Shown piece after piece: positions 1 through 9,981 of a stretch of DNA of 64,000 nucleotides. The notes under the pieces were generated by a model. The model did not search any database. It was given only the letters and a program-made list of their open reading frames with translations, and was not told the origin of the DNA. Each line of letters opens with the position of its first letter. Position 1 is the first letter of the stretch. A program made the position numbers and the translations under genes. Origin of the DNA: Blastocatellia bacterium (GTDB taxonomy: Bacteria; Acidobacteriota; Blastocatellia; UBA7656); contig CAVXWP010000015.1 in NCBI GenBank assembly GCA_963765495.1, positions 64,001 through 128,000 of the forward strand. Direction: 5' to 3'.

Positions 1-1
1 C

Positions 2-1492
2 TTCGCTTCGGAAATAAAATCCCTGCTTCAGCATCCGGCTGTGAAGCGGGAAGTCAATCTCGAAGCCATCTCCGACTTTCTTTCATTCGGCTATATCCCC
101 GACCCGGCCTCGGCATTTCAGGGCGTTTCGAAACTGCTGCCCGGCCACACTCTGACGGTCAAAGGCACACGATTGACCACGCGCCGTTACTGGGATTTCG
201 ATTACAGCAGCGAGCGAACCTGTGAGCCGGTTCGCGAAGAGAGTTATTACATCGAACGATTGCGCGAGATGCTGGCCGAATCTGTGAGCCTCCGCCTGAT
301 AAGCGATGTGCCGCTCGGCGCGTTCCTTTCGGGCGGACTCGATTCAAGCACCGTGGTGGCGATGATGGCCCGACAGATGGGAAGACCCGTCAAGACATTC
401 TCAATCGGCTTCACCGAATCTGATTTCGATGAGTTGCACTATGCCCGCATCACGGCCCGCCATTTCAACACCGATCATCACGAGTTCGTAGTCACCCCCG
501 ACGTGTGCAAGATAGTCGAAGAGATAGTCTGGCACCACGACGAACCTTTTGCGGATGTGTCGAGCATACCGACTTACATAGTATCGAAGATGGCGCGCGA
601 GCACGTCACGGTAGTGCTTTCGGGCGATGGTGGCGACGAACTTTTCGGAGGCTATGAGCGATATCTGATCGAGCGCAAGAGGGACATATTCGAGCGCATA
701 CCGGCCTTTATTCGCCGCAACGCTATGCTCAGGGCGTCGCGCCTACTCCCGCACGGAGCCTACGGCAAGAACCTTTTGCGTAACCTGTCGCTAAACCGCT
801 TCCCGCGCTATGTTGACAGCGTCTCTTATTTCAATCAGGACACGAAACGAGAACTGCTCTCCGATGAAGTGCTTCGCGCCATCGCAGGACACGATTCTTC
901 GAGAGCCTTCGAAGAGATACTTGCCGCCCCCAATTCAAAAGAGAACCTCGACCACCTGCTCTATCTCGACAGCAAGACCTACCTGCCGGGCGACATATTG
1001 ACGAAGGTTGATCGAATGAGCATGGCGCATTCGATAGAGGCGCGCGAGCCGCTGCTCGATCACAAGCTGATCGAATTTGCCCAGAGCATACCCGCCTCGC
1101 TCAAGCTGCACGGATATGTGAGCAAGCACATTTTGAAACAGGCGGCCAGGGGAATCGTCCCCGACGAGATCATCAATCGGCCAAAGCAGGGGTTTGGCGT
1201 TCCTATCAATAAATGGTTCAACAACGAACTGCGCGACCTGCTGCACGACACGCTGACCGACAGCCGCACGCGCCAGCGCGGACTCCTGAATCAACAGATG
1301 GTTCTGGCCCTTCTGGATGAGCACCGTCGCGGCAGACGCGACAACTCGCGCCACCTGTGGGGGCTTTTGACTCTTGAGTTATGGCACCGCGCCTTTATTG
1401 ATCGCCAGCCCGAGCCGAGCTTTGCGGGCGCGAAGCGAGTCAACCTCGAACGGCTGCTGCTTGCTGCTACACCGGGAGGGGCGACTCCATGA
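2..1492 (+). CDS. asnB: Asparagine synthase (glutamine-hydrolysing)-like amidotransferase, EPS-associated; 5' end lies outside the window
   Basis: Frame open from the left edge (FASEIKSL...); motifs LSGGLDSS, LSGDGGDELFGGY, KVDRMSMAHSIEAREPLLDH, RPKQGF. Confidence 0.92.
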   Translation, partial: FASEIKSLLQHPAVKREVNLEAISDFLSFGYIPDPASAFQGVSKLLPGHTLTVKGTRLTTRRYWDFDYSSERTCEPVREESYYIERLREMLAESVSLRLISDVPLGAFLSGGLDSSTVVAMMARQMGRPVKTFSIGFTESDFDELHYARITARHFNTDHHEFVVTPDVCKIVEEIVWHHDEPFADVSSIPTYIVSKMAREHVTVVLSGDGGDELFGGYERYLIERKRDIFERIPAFIRRNAMLRASRLLPHGAYGKNLLRNLSLNRFPRYVDSVSYFNQDTKRELLSDEVLRAIAGHDSSRAFEEILAAPNSKENLDHLLYLDSKTYLPGDILTKVDRMSMAHSIEAREPLLDHKLIEFAQSIPASLKLHGYVSKHILKQAARGIVPDEIINRPKQGFGVPINKWFNNELRDLLHDTLTDSRTRQRGLLNQQMVLALLDEHRRGRRDNSRHLWGLLTLELWHRAFIDRQPEPSFAGAKRVNLERLLLAATPGGATP

Positions 1493-2802
1493 GCGTGCCG
1501 GATCGCATTGCGATTGAATGTAGGGGCGAGGCTTGTCCTCGCCCGGATCGCCCGAAGGGCGATGACTGCCATCGCGCTTACGCACGATTTGGGCAGGGAC
1601 AAGCCCGCGCCGCACGTAAGTGCATCATGCGCCAATCGCCCCTACATTTGCCCTATGCGCGAACGGCGACCGATGAGAAAACATCTCATCGCCCGCGAGT
1701 GCTGCATCTGATCTCAAGTTTTGAAATAGGCGGGACCGAGCGTCAGGCCGTAGCCCTTCTCAAGCGGCTCGACCCCGAACGCTTCGATGTGAGGCTTGCC
1801 GCGCTCCGCCTTGAAGGCCCGTTTTATCAGGAGATCAGCGAGCGTTTCCCCGATGTGCCCGAGTTTCCCCTGACGAGCTTTTATAACGCGAACGCCGGGA
1901 AACAACTGCTCAAATTAAGATCGCTTCTCACGCGTGAAAGAATAGACATCCTGCACGCGCACGATTTTTACAGCGGGTTTATAGGCTCGGTGGCCGCGCG
2001 ACTCGGCGGCACGCGAGTGATAGCCTGCCAGCGCCACCTGAGGCTTTCAGACCGCAAGGTTCACCAGCTTGGCACGCGGATGATTCACCGGCTGGCCCAT
2101 CGCATACTTGTAAACTCCGAAGCGATTCACCATCACATCCTGTCGCACGACAACGCGCACGCGGAAAAGATCGTCGTCATCAAAAACGGTGTGATACCGC
2201 AGTCTGCGACCATCTGCGACCGTAAAGAGGTGCGCCGGATGCTCGGTCTCGGGAGTGATGCGAAGTTGATCGGGATGGTAGCCCGATTGCAGCCGGTCAA
2301 GGGGCATCGCTTCTTTATCGAGGCTGCCCGGCGCGTGCTCGACGAGGAACCGGAAGCGCATTTCGTTCTGATAGGCGACGGCCCGCTCAAAGGCGAGATC
2401 GAGTCTCAGGCTTTACGGCTCGGCATTCGTGAGCGCCTGCATCTGCTCGGCGACCGCACGGACGCCGCCTGTCTTGCCTCTTCCTTCGATCTGGTTGTGC
2501 TTGCGTCTCTGCACGAAGGATTGCCGAACGCCGTTATGGAAGCGATGGCCGCCGGAGTCGCGGTAGTGGCTACTGCTGTGGGCGGGACTATGGAATTGAT
2601 CGCGGATAAAGAGACGGGCTATCTGACAGCGCCCGGTGATGCCGATGCGCTTGCGCGCCGCATGGCCTTTGCCTTGAAAGATGAGAATCGCGGGCGCATT
2701 GCCGAGCAAGGACGCGCTTTTGTGTTGGAGAGATTTGGCATCGAGCGAATGGTCGAATCAGTAGAACACCTGTACGACGAACTGATGGAGGGAAGGGGAT
2801 GA
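1489..2802 (+). CDS. GT4 (GT-B) glycosyltransferase; the N-terminal ~45 codons include a REP-like insertion (alternative start 1627)
   Basis: GGTERQ, KGH, SLHEGLPNAVMEAMAAG motifs; ATGA overlap with the asnB stop; GGGAGG upstream of 1489. Confidence 0.88.
   Translation: MSVPDRIAIECRGEACPRPDRPKGDDCHRAYARFGQGQARAARKCIMRQSPLHLPYARTATDEKTSHRPRVLHLISSFEIGGTERQAVALLKRLDPERFDVRLAALRLEGPFYQEISERFPDVPEFPLTSFYNANAGKQLLKLRSLLTRERIDILHAHDFYSGFIGSVAARLGGTRVIACQRHLRLSDRKVHQLGTRMIHRLAHRILVNSEAIHHHILSHDNAHAEKIVVIKNGVIPQSATICDRKEVRRMLGLGSDAKLIGMVARLQPVKGHRFFIEAARRVLDEEPEAHFVLIGDGPLKGEIESQALRLGIRERLHLLGDRTDAACLASSFDLVVLASLHEGLPNAVMEAMAAGVAVVATAVGGTMELIADKETGYLTAPGDADALARRMAFALKDENRGRIAEQGRAFVLERFGIERMVESVEHLYDELMEGRG
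1520..1615. repeat. GTAG-family REP-like inverted doublet inside the GT4 5' region
   Basis: GTAGGGGCGAGGCTTGTCCTCGCCC (1520-1544, internal hairpin) and a degenerate inverted partner GGGCAGGGACAAGCCCGCGCCGCAC (1591-1615). Confidence 0.65.
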
Positions 2803-3944
2803 AAACAACTAAACCGATAAGAGTCTGCATAGTGGTCGCATCGACTGACATACTGGGAGGTCAATCCATCCAGTCGCTCAGGTTGCTCGAAGGTCTTTCA
2901 CGTGAGCCCGGTCTTGAGGCCCGATTGCTCCCGATAAACCCACGGCTGCCCGGCCCGCTTCGCCTCTTGCAGCGCATCAAGTATGTGCGAACGGTTGTGA
3001 CTTCAATCGCCTACATTGCGTTACTGCTTGTACGACTGCCGCGCTTTGATGTAGTCCACATTTTTTCGGCATCTTACCTGTCGTTTCTGCTTGCGCCTGC
3101 TCCGGCGATACTCATAGCGAAACTCTACGGCAAGCCGATCCTGTTGAACTATCACAGCGGAGAAGCCGATGATCATCTGCGGCGATGGCCTCGCACTACG
3201 TTTCCGCTTATGGCGCTTGCAAATCGCGTAGTCGTGCCGTCGGAATATCTGGTTCAGGTGTTTGCGGGTTTCGGCATCCGGGCCGAAGCCATTTCGAATA
3301 CGGTTGATCTGGAGCGGTTCCGTTTTCGCGATCGCGAGCCGCTAAAACCCGTCCTGCTTTCGAATCGCAATTTCGAAAACAACTACAGCATAGAGTGTGC
3401 CCTGCGCGCGTTTGCGCTCATAGAGCGGAGCGTCCCCGAAGCAAGCCTCATTGTCGCGGGCGACGGCAGCCACCGCGAAAGGCTCTACAAACTGGCGAGC
3501 GAGCTTGAGATTAAAAACATCGAGTTCCTTGGCGCGGTTCCGCCCCGCGATATGCCCGCGCTCTATGACCGGGCAGACATTTTCATAAACTCTTCGGTAG
3601 TGGACAATCAGCCGCTTTCGATCATCGAGGCTTTTGCCGCCGGTTTGCCTGTAGTGACTACGAATGCGGGCGGCATTCCTTTCATGGTTAAAGACGGAGA
3701 GACGGGGATGATGACCGAGCGCGGCGATCACAAAGCCCTGGCCGCCTCAGTAATCAGATTGCTGGAAAACAGCGCGCTGGCCTCGTATGTGGCAAGCCGC
3801 GCAAGACAAGAGTGCCGCAAGTATAGCTGGTCTGCGGTGGCCGAAAAATGGATCAAGCTTTATCGGGACCTGGCGTTTGAAAAAACAAAAGCCGGGATCG
3901 AGCAGATAGAGAAAGAGAAGTCGCGCGCGGTATCAGGCGCGTGA
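2799..3944 (+). CDS. GT4 glycosyltransferase
   Basis: GGQSIQ, DNQPLSIIEAFAAGLPVVTTNAGG motifs; ATGA overlap with the upstream GT. Confidence 0.9.
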   Translation: MKTTKPIRVCIVVASTDILGGQSIQSLRLLEGLSREPGLEARLLPINPRLPGPLRLLQRIKYVRTVVTSIAYIALLLVRLPRFDVVHIFSASYLSFLLAPAPAILIAKLYGKPILLNYHSGEADDHLRRWPRTTFPLMALANRVVVPSEYLVQVFAGFGIRAEAISNTVDLERFRFRDREPLKPVLLSNRNFENNYSIECALRAFALIERSVPEASLIVAGDGSHRERLYKLASELEIKNIEFLGAVPPRDMPALYDRADIFINSSVVDNQPLSIIEAFAAGLPVVTTNAGGIPFMVKDGETGMMTERGDHKALAASVIRLLENSALASYVASRARQECRKYSWSAVAEKWIKLYRDLAFEKTKAGIEQIEKEKSRAVSGA

Positions 3945-3980
3945 TTGGTAGAAATGAATTTGAATGAAAAGCAGGTTGTA

Positions 3981-4080
3981 ATAGACCACGGATGACGCGG
4001 ATGCGACGGATCTACGCGGATTAGGTCATAAAGAGTCAGATCCGCGAAAATCCGCCGCATCCGCGTCCGTCCCGGCCTGT
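3981..4080. repeat. CGGAT-unit (9-10 nt period) inverted-repeat element, copy 1
   Basis: Left arm ATAGACCACGGATGACGCGGATGCGACGGATCTACGCGGAT (3981-4021); complementary right arm 4040-4080. Confidence 0.85.
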
Positions 4081-4127
4081 TTCTACTTATCCAATTTTGG
4101 ACGTGCTTTTAGATTTAAAGACGATAA

Positions 4128-6650
4128 ATGCCCGCGAGCATCGCACAATTGAAGAAATTCCGAGGCCGTAGCGCACAAGAGATGCGCGCTCGCGGACGCC
4201 AGGAGCTTGCCAAGATCGGCGAACGGTTGTTTACGTCAAACCTCGCCGAGATGACCGACCGGGCCTTTCTCGCAGAGGTCGCGCCCGCGTTTCGCAACCG
4301 TTCGGCCGAGGCCACGGCGTCGCTAATCATCGAGCGACAGCGTGATGCTATATCAAGAAGCGCGTTCTTTCCTGCGGTCACCCGTCGCGCACAGATCGCA
4401 TCCATTATGGAGAACCGATTTGCTCGCGAACGCGAGGCTTTGATTGACCGGGCCGAACGCGCACGTGCGGGCCGCTTCGATCTGTTCGGGCACAAAAACA
4501 TAAGCTTTGGCGATCCCATTGACTGGCGACTCGAACCTCTGTCGGGCAAGCGCACGCCGCTTGATCACTGGAGCCGCATCTCTTACCTCGACCCGGAAAT
4601 CGCAGGCGATAAGAAATTAACCTGGGAACTCAATCGGCATAATCATTTCGTGACTCTCGGCCAGGCTTATTGCCTGACTTCGGACGAGCGATACGCCGAG
4701 AGCTTTGTCGCTCAGGCATCCGAATGGATGGACGAGAACCCCCCGCATCGCGGCATCAACTGGGCGAGCAGTCTTGAGCTGGCCTTTCGCTCGATTGCGT
4801 GGCTCTGGGCCTTGAATCTGTTTAAGGATTCGCAAAGACTGACGCCCCGGTTCATGTTGCGATTGCTGAAATTTCTGATAGCCCACGCCCGCCATATTGA
4901 TGCTCATTTGTCATATTACTTTAGTCCGAACACTCACCTGACCGGCGAGGCGCTCGGACTATTTTATCTGGGCGCGATGCTCCCGGAATTGCGGCGAGCC
5001 GGGGAGTGGAAAGAGAAGGGACTTGGCATATTGCTCGAACAGCTTCCTCTTCAAGTCGGGCGGGACGGCGTTTATTTTGAGCAGGCGACTTATTATCACC
5101 GCTACACGGCTGATTTCTATATTCATCTGTTGACGCTCGCCCGCGCGCTTGAGATAAAGCTGCCCGAAGAGGTTGACGCTCGTCTCGCGTTGTTGCTCGA
5201 TCATTTGATGTGGCTGACGAAGCCGGGCGGCGCATCGCCCTTGATAGGCGACGACGACGGGGGGCGGCTGATTGAATTCGGCAAGCGTGCCGGAAACGAT
5301 TTCCGCGACACGCTTGCCGTGGGCGCGGCTATGTTTGGGCGCGAGGATTGGAAATATGTGGCGGGCAACGAAACGGTTGAATTGCTCTGGTTGCTCGGAC
5401 CCGAAACTCTTGCGCGCTACGACGTATTGAAAGCGCGGCCTGCGCGAGAACGATCCAGGCCATTTTCAGAAAGCGGCTTTTACATAATGCGCGATGGATG
5501 GGCAAAGGATTCAGGCTACGTGATTGTGGACGGCGGCCCACACGGCGCGCTCGGGTGCGGTCACGCGCACGCCGATGCGCTCGCCTTTGAATTCGCTTCG
5601 CGGGGTGTCAACTGGCTGGTTGATCCGGGCACATTCACCTACACCGGAGACGCGAGGTTGCGTGACCTGTTCCGCGCAACCGGGTCACACAATACGGTCA
5701 CGGTTGACGGAGAATCTCAATCGGTTCCTTCCGGCCCTTTTGCGTGGAGCGACATCGCAGAGGTCGGCGCGTGTGAATTCATCACCGCAAATTCATTCGA
5801 TTATTTTGAAGGCTCGCACGATGGCTACACGCGGCTGGCCGATCCGGTCACACACACTCGCTCGCTGCTATTTGTAAAATCTTTTGCGGATGGTTCGATC
5901 CCTTCTTATCTTATTGTTCGCGACGGCTTCGCGGCCAAGAAACACCATCTATACAAGGCGATGTATCACTTCTCGCCCGAATGCGTGGTTACATCGGAAG
6001 AGAATCAAATTCTAGCGACGGGGCCGAATGCTGAAAGGCTGAATATCATCGCCTTTGGCAGCGTGGAGCCAGCCGCTCGGGTGATGGATGGGTGGGTGTC
6101 TGCCTGCTACGGCGTAAAGCATGTAGCGCCTGTCGCGGCGTTTGAGATCGAAGGCGAGGCGCGGCAAGAATTGTTCACCTGTCTGATGCCGTCTGCGAAG
6201 GGCGAATCGATTTCAATCAAACGACAGGTTGCAACCGGCTTTGACGGCTTCGGGGCCAGCATAGAGGTGGGCGAATTCTTTGACGTGCTCGTTGCCGGAG
6301 ATTCAAGCGAAGCGCAAAGCAAAGGCGTAGGCATATCGGGCGCGATAGGTCTTGCGCGATTTGCAAAGGGCGCGCTTGCCTGTGTCTGCCTGATTCGCGG
6401 AAAAAAGATTGAAGTTGCGAATCACTTCGCTCTGATTTCACCTGAAGCTTTCAAGTATCTTGAAGCTCAAATCGGCGGGGCGCAGATTGAAATTTCAATA
6501 GACGGGGCGAGCCGATTCGCTCTCACATTCGCAAAGCCGATACAGGCAGTCGTCGTCAACGGTGAGAGGTTCAAAGTTGATTCGCGCAGCCGGAGCGCCA
6601 CGTTTGCGCTCGAAGGCACGGGCTGGAAATTATCGGCCGAAGGTGTTTGA
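4128..6650 (+). CDS. Heparinase II/III-family protein, no obvious signal peptide
   Basis: WELNRH, INWASSLELAFR, NTHLTGEA, EQATYYHRY, GHAHADAL, DPGTFTY, SHNTV motifs. Confidence 0.88.
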   Translation: MPASIAQLKKFRGRSAQEMRARGRQELAKIGERLFTSNLAEMTDRAFLAEVAPAFRNRSAEATASLIIERQRDAISRSAFFPAVTRRAQIASIMENRFAREREALIDRAERARAGRFDLFGHKNISFGDPIDWRLEPLSGKRTPLDHWSRISYLDPEIAGDKKLTWELNRHNHFVTLGQAYCLTSDERYAESFVAQASEWMDENPPHRGINWASSLELAFRSIAWLWALNLFKDSQRLTPRFMLRLLKFLIAHARHIDAHLSYYFSPNTHLTGEALGLFYLGAMLPELRRAGEWKEKGLGILLEQLPLQVGRDGVYFEQATYYHRYTADFYIHLLTLARALEIKLPEEVDARLALLLDHLMWLTKPGGASPLIGDDDGGRLIEFGKRAGNDFRDTLAVGAAMFGREDWKYVAGNETVELLWLLGPETLARYDVLKARPARERSRPFSESGFYIMRDGWAKDSGYVIVDGGPHGALGCGHAHADALAFEFASRGVNWLVDPGTFTYTGDARLRDLFRATGSHNTVTVDGESQSVPSGPFAWSDIAEVGACEFITANSFDYFEGSHDGYTRLADPVTHTRSLLFVKSFADGSIPSYLIVRDGFAAKKHHLYKAMYHFSPECVVTSEENQILATGPNAERLNIIAFGSVEPAARVMDGWVSACYGVKHVAPVAAFEIEGEARQELFTCLMPSAKGESISIKRQVATGFDGFGASIEVGEFFDVLVAGDSSEAQSKGVGISGAIGLARFAKGALACVCLIRGKKIEVANHFALISPEAFKYLEAQIGGAQIEISIDGASRFALTFAKPIQAVVVNGERFKVDSRSRSATFALEGTGWKLSAEGV

Positions 6651-6653
6651 AGT

Positions 6654-8609
6654 ATGTGTGGAATTTGCGGCATCGCCGTTCCAAAAAAATCCCGCCGGAG
6701 CATCACCCCGTCGCTCTTGTTGAGTATGCGCGATTCGCTCACGCATCGCGGCCCGGATGACGCGGGGATGTTTTTCGACGGCGCGGTCGCGCTCGGGCAT
6801 CGCCGCCTCTCTATAGTTGATCTTGGCGGTGGACATCAGCCTATGCAAAACGAAGACGGCACGATTCAGATAGTCTTCAACGGCGAGATTTATAATCACC
6901 TCGATTTACGGGCCGCGCTTGAAGGTCGCGGCCACCGTTACGCGAGCGCAAGCGACACCGAAACTATAATTCATCTTTACGAAGAGCGCGGCCCGCAAGC
7001 GGTCACAGAACTTCGCGGGATGTTTGCCTTTGCCGTATGGGACTCTGCGCGGCAGAGGCTCGTGCTTGCGCGTGATCGGTTGGGAATAAAGCCGCTTTAC
7101 TATGTGCTGGCAGATGACGGGGCGATCTATTTTGCTTCGGAGATCAAGGCGCTCATCGAAGCAAAAGCCGTCAAACCTGAACTCAATTACGATGCGCTCC
7201 CGGATTATCTGGCCAATCGCTATACGTCCGACGAGCAGACTTTATTTAGAGGCGTAAAGCGGTTGATGCCCGGACATACGCTTGTCTGGAGCGAGGGCCG
7301 AATCGAGATCAATCGTTACTGGGATGTGAGCTTTCAAAAACCGGCCGAAACGTTAAGCGAAGCCGAGTATGTGGAGCGCTTCACGGAGTTGTTTCGCGAG
7401 GCCGTGCGGCTGCGCCTGATGGCCGATGTGCCTCTTGGCATGTTTTTGTCGGGCGGAATTGATTCCAGCGCCATCGCCGCCGTGATGAGCGAGATGGTTC
7501 GAGACCCGATCAAGACTTTTTCCGTAGGCTTTGCCGAGCGCGAGGCTAACGAGATGCATTACGCTCGCCTGGTCGCTCGCGCTTTTGGGACCGATCATCA
7601 CGAAATACTGGTCAGCCCTGCGGAGTTCTTTGATGTTTTGCCTGCGCTCGTTTATCAGGAAGATGAGCCGATAGCTCATCCGTCGAGCGTGCCTCTTTAT
7701 TTCGTCTCGCGGCTGGCATCCGAGCATGTCAAAGTCGTGCTCACGGGCGAAGGCTCGGACGAATCGCTTGCCGGATACGGCAAGTACGCGAGGACCGTTT
7801 ATAACCTCGCGCTCGGTCGCGCCTATCACAAGACGGTGCCCTCGCCGCTGCGTTCGCTCATCCGTCGAGTGATCGAAGGGTCAGACGCTCGGTCGCGTGC
7901 GGGGCAAAGATTGGCGCGAACTTTTTTCTGTATTGAGCCCGATATTGAAAGCATCTATTTCGACAACTTTTCGGTCTTTTCTCGAAGGATGCAGCGGGAG
8001 TTGCTCACGGGCGAGACGCGAGAGCGCACAGGGCAAAGCGATCCCTATCGCGCTTCGATCACCGGGGCAGCGGATTCGGACGCTGTGGCATTGCTCGATC
8101 AACTGCTGGCCGCAGATTTGAAGACATACCTGCACGAGCTTTTGATGAAGCAGGACCAGATGAGCATGGCGGCTTCCATTGAGAGCCGCGTGCCGTTTCT
8201 GGATCATCGCCTGGTAGAGTTCGCCGCGCAATTGCCCGTACGCATGAAGCTGCGCGGGATGACTACGAAATATATCCTGCGGCGCAGCATGCGCGATAAA
8301 TTGCCGAGAGAAATCCTCTCTCGCAAGAAGATGGGATTTCCCGTTCCCGTCGGCAAATGGTTTGCCGGGGAGTTCGGCCATCTCCTAGACGATTACCTGC
8401 TCGGCGAGCGGGCGCGGGCGCGCGGTCTGTTCGAGCCCGGTTTCGTGCGAGAGATAGTCAGACGGCACAGGGCGGGCGAGAATCACTCGGAAAGATTATG
8501 GGCCTTGATGAATTTCGAGATATGGCAGCGCCGGTTTATTGACGGCGAACCCGCTAGCGAAAACATCGCCGCACGTAGAGAATTGAGCATTGCGCAAGGA
8601 GTCGTTTAA
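6654..8609 (+). CDS. asnB: Asparagine synthase (glutamine-hydrolysing)-like amidotransferase, second paralogue
   Basis: N-terminal MCGICG Ntn nucleophile; HRGPDD, FNGEIYN, RDRLGIKPLYY, LSGGIDSS, GEGSDE. Confidence 0.95.
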   Translation: MCGICGIAVPKKSRRSITPSLLLSMRDSLTHRGPDDAGMFFDGAVALGHRRLSIVDLGGGHQPMQNEDGTIQIVFNGEIYNHLDLRAALEGRGHRYASASDTETIIHLYEERGPQAVTELRGMFAFAVWDSARQRLVLARDRLGIKPLYYVLADDGAIYFASEIKALIEAKAVKPELNYDALPDYLANRYTSDEQTLFRGVKRLMPGHTLVWSEGRIEINRYWDVSFQKPAETLSEAEYVERFTELFREAVRLRLMADVPLGMFLSGGIDSSAIAAVMSEMVRDPIKTFSVGFAEREANEMHYARLVARAFGTDHHEILVSPAEFFDVLPALVYQEDEPIAHPSSVPLYFVSRLASEHVKVVLTGEGSDESLAGYGKYARTVYNLALGRAYHKTVPSPLRSLIRRVIEGSDARSRAGQRLARTFFCIEPDIESIYFDNFSVFSRRMQRELLTGETRERTGQSDPYRASITGAADSDAVALLDQLLAADLKTYLHELLMKQDQMSMAASIESRVPFLDHRLVEFAAQLPVRMKLRGMTTKYILRRSMRDKLPREILSRKKMGFPVPVGKWFAGEFGHLLDDYLLGERARARGLFEPGFVREIVRRHRAGENHSERLWALMNFEIWQRRFIDGEPASENIAARRELSIAQGVV

Positions 8610-8625
8610 GGAGAGCAGCCCCCCG

Positions 8626-9954
8626 ATGAAGATACTCTGGCTCAAAAGCGAATTGCTGCATCCTGTTGATAAGGGTGGAAAGATTCGCACATATCAGATG
8701 CTCCGGCATCTCAAGCAGCGTCACGAAGTCACCTATCTTGCGCTCACGAATACGGATGAGTCGGCGGAGGCAATAGAGCGGGCCGTCGAGTATTGCCACC
8801 GGCTGGTGGCGGTTCCGTGGCAAGCGCCCCAAAAATTCAGCGCGCGATTCTATATTGATCTGGCTTTGAATCTTGGCTCGCGGCTGCCTTATGCCATCAA
8901 AAAGTATCGTTCGACCGTCTTTCAGCAGGCCATCGAGCGAGAGATAAGCGGGCACGGATACGATGTGGTGGTTTGCGATTTCCTTGTCCCGAGCGTCAAT
9001 TTCAGGCGGGGGCTGAACGTGCCCGCCGTGCTCTTTCAACATAACGTCGAATCGGTGATCTGGCGTCGCCATTTCGAAGTTCAAACAAATCCCGCAAAGA
9101 GGCTTTACCTTTACAATCAGTGGCGAAAGATGCGCGCCTATGAGCGCGAGACCTGTCAAAGGTTCAACGCGGTCGTGGCCGTTTCTGAAATTGATCGCGA
9201 CCTGATGCGCGACCAGTACAGGCTCGATCACATATATGACGTGCCAACCGGCGTAGACACCGAATACTTCCGCCCGCAATCCACCGAGCCGCCTCGCCCT
9301 CTGAGCCTTGTCTTCACAGGCTCGATGGACTGGCTGCCAAACGAAGACGCGATGCGTTATTTCACCGAGCAGATAATGCCGAGAGTCAAGCGCGACTTGC
9401 CCGGTGTGACGCTGACCGTGGTGGGGCGCAATCCGTATCCGAGCCTCCTCGAACTGAGCGAGCGCGACCCTTCCGTGATCGTGACAGGCCGCGTGGAAGA
9501 TGTGCGGCCTTTTATGAGGAGCGCAGCCGCCTATATCGTGCCGCTTCGCGTAGGCGGGGGAACGCGGCTGAAGATATACGAAGCGATGGCGATGGAAAAG
9601 CCGGTCATCTCTACTTCGATAGGGGCCGAAGGTCTGCCCGTGCGCGACGGCGTGGAACTGCTGCTTGCCGATACGTCGGATTCCTTCGCCGACGCGATTG
9701 TGCGGGTCTTGAAAGAGAGTGATTTTGCAAGGGAGATGGGGCTGCGCGCGGCGCAAATGGTGCGCGAGCAGTTTGGCTGGGAGAAGGCGGCCGACATCTT
9801 CGCCGATATTTGTCGCCGGGTCGTGGACCGGCACCGAGAGCAGTTGATTGAGAATGGGCGAAAAGGCGCGCCACCGATAAAACTGGATGGAATTGGCTCG
9901 ACAATGCCAATAGATCGGGACGGACGCGGATCGGGCGGATTTACGCGGGTCTGA
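8626..9954 (+). CDS. GT4 glycosyltransferase (PEP-CTERM/EpsH-associated sugar transferase-like)
   Basis: DKGGKIR, FTGSMDWLPNED, GGGTRLKIYEAMA; ATG 8626 preferred to TTG 8590; the C-terminal tail is encoded by a repeat arm. Confidence 0.88.
   Translation: MKILWLKSELLHPVDKGGKIRTYQMLRHLKQRHEVTYLALTNTDESAEAIERAVEYCHRLVAVPWQAPQKFSARFYIDLALNLGSRLPYAIKKYRSTVFQQAIEREISGHGYDVVVCDFLVPSVNFRRGLNVPAVLFQHNVESVIWRRHFEVQTNPAKRLYLYNQWRKMRAYERETCQRFNAVVAVSEIDRDLMRDQYRLDHIYDVPTGVDTEYFRPQSTEPPRPLSLVFTGSMDWLPNEDAMRYFTEQIMPRVKRDLPGVTLTVVGRNPYPSLLELSERDPSVIVTGRVEDVRPFMRSAAAYIVPLRVGGGTRLKIYEAMAMEKPVISTSIGAEGLPVRDGVELLLADTSDSFADAIVRVLKESDFAREMGLRAAQMVREQFGWEKAADIFADICRRVVDRHREQLIENGRKGAPPIKLDGIGSTMPIDRDGRGSGGFTRV
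9909..9954 (+). repeat. CGGAT-unit element, single arm (copy 2), in the GT4 3' end
   Basis: AATAGATCGGGACGGACGCGGATCGGGCGGATTTACGCGGGTCTGA; preceded by CAATGCC, as is copy 4. Confidence 0.75.
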
Positions 9955-9981
9955 CCATTTTATTGAAAGGTTCTACAGGAG

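Noticed and set aside
8554-9834. 426-aa antisense ORF, and similar long shadow ORFs such as 10060-10950, 17716-18549 and 62924-63928
   Set aside because: Antisense to well-supported genes with no motifs; expected in GC-rich coding DNA
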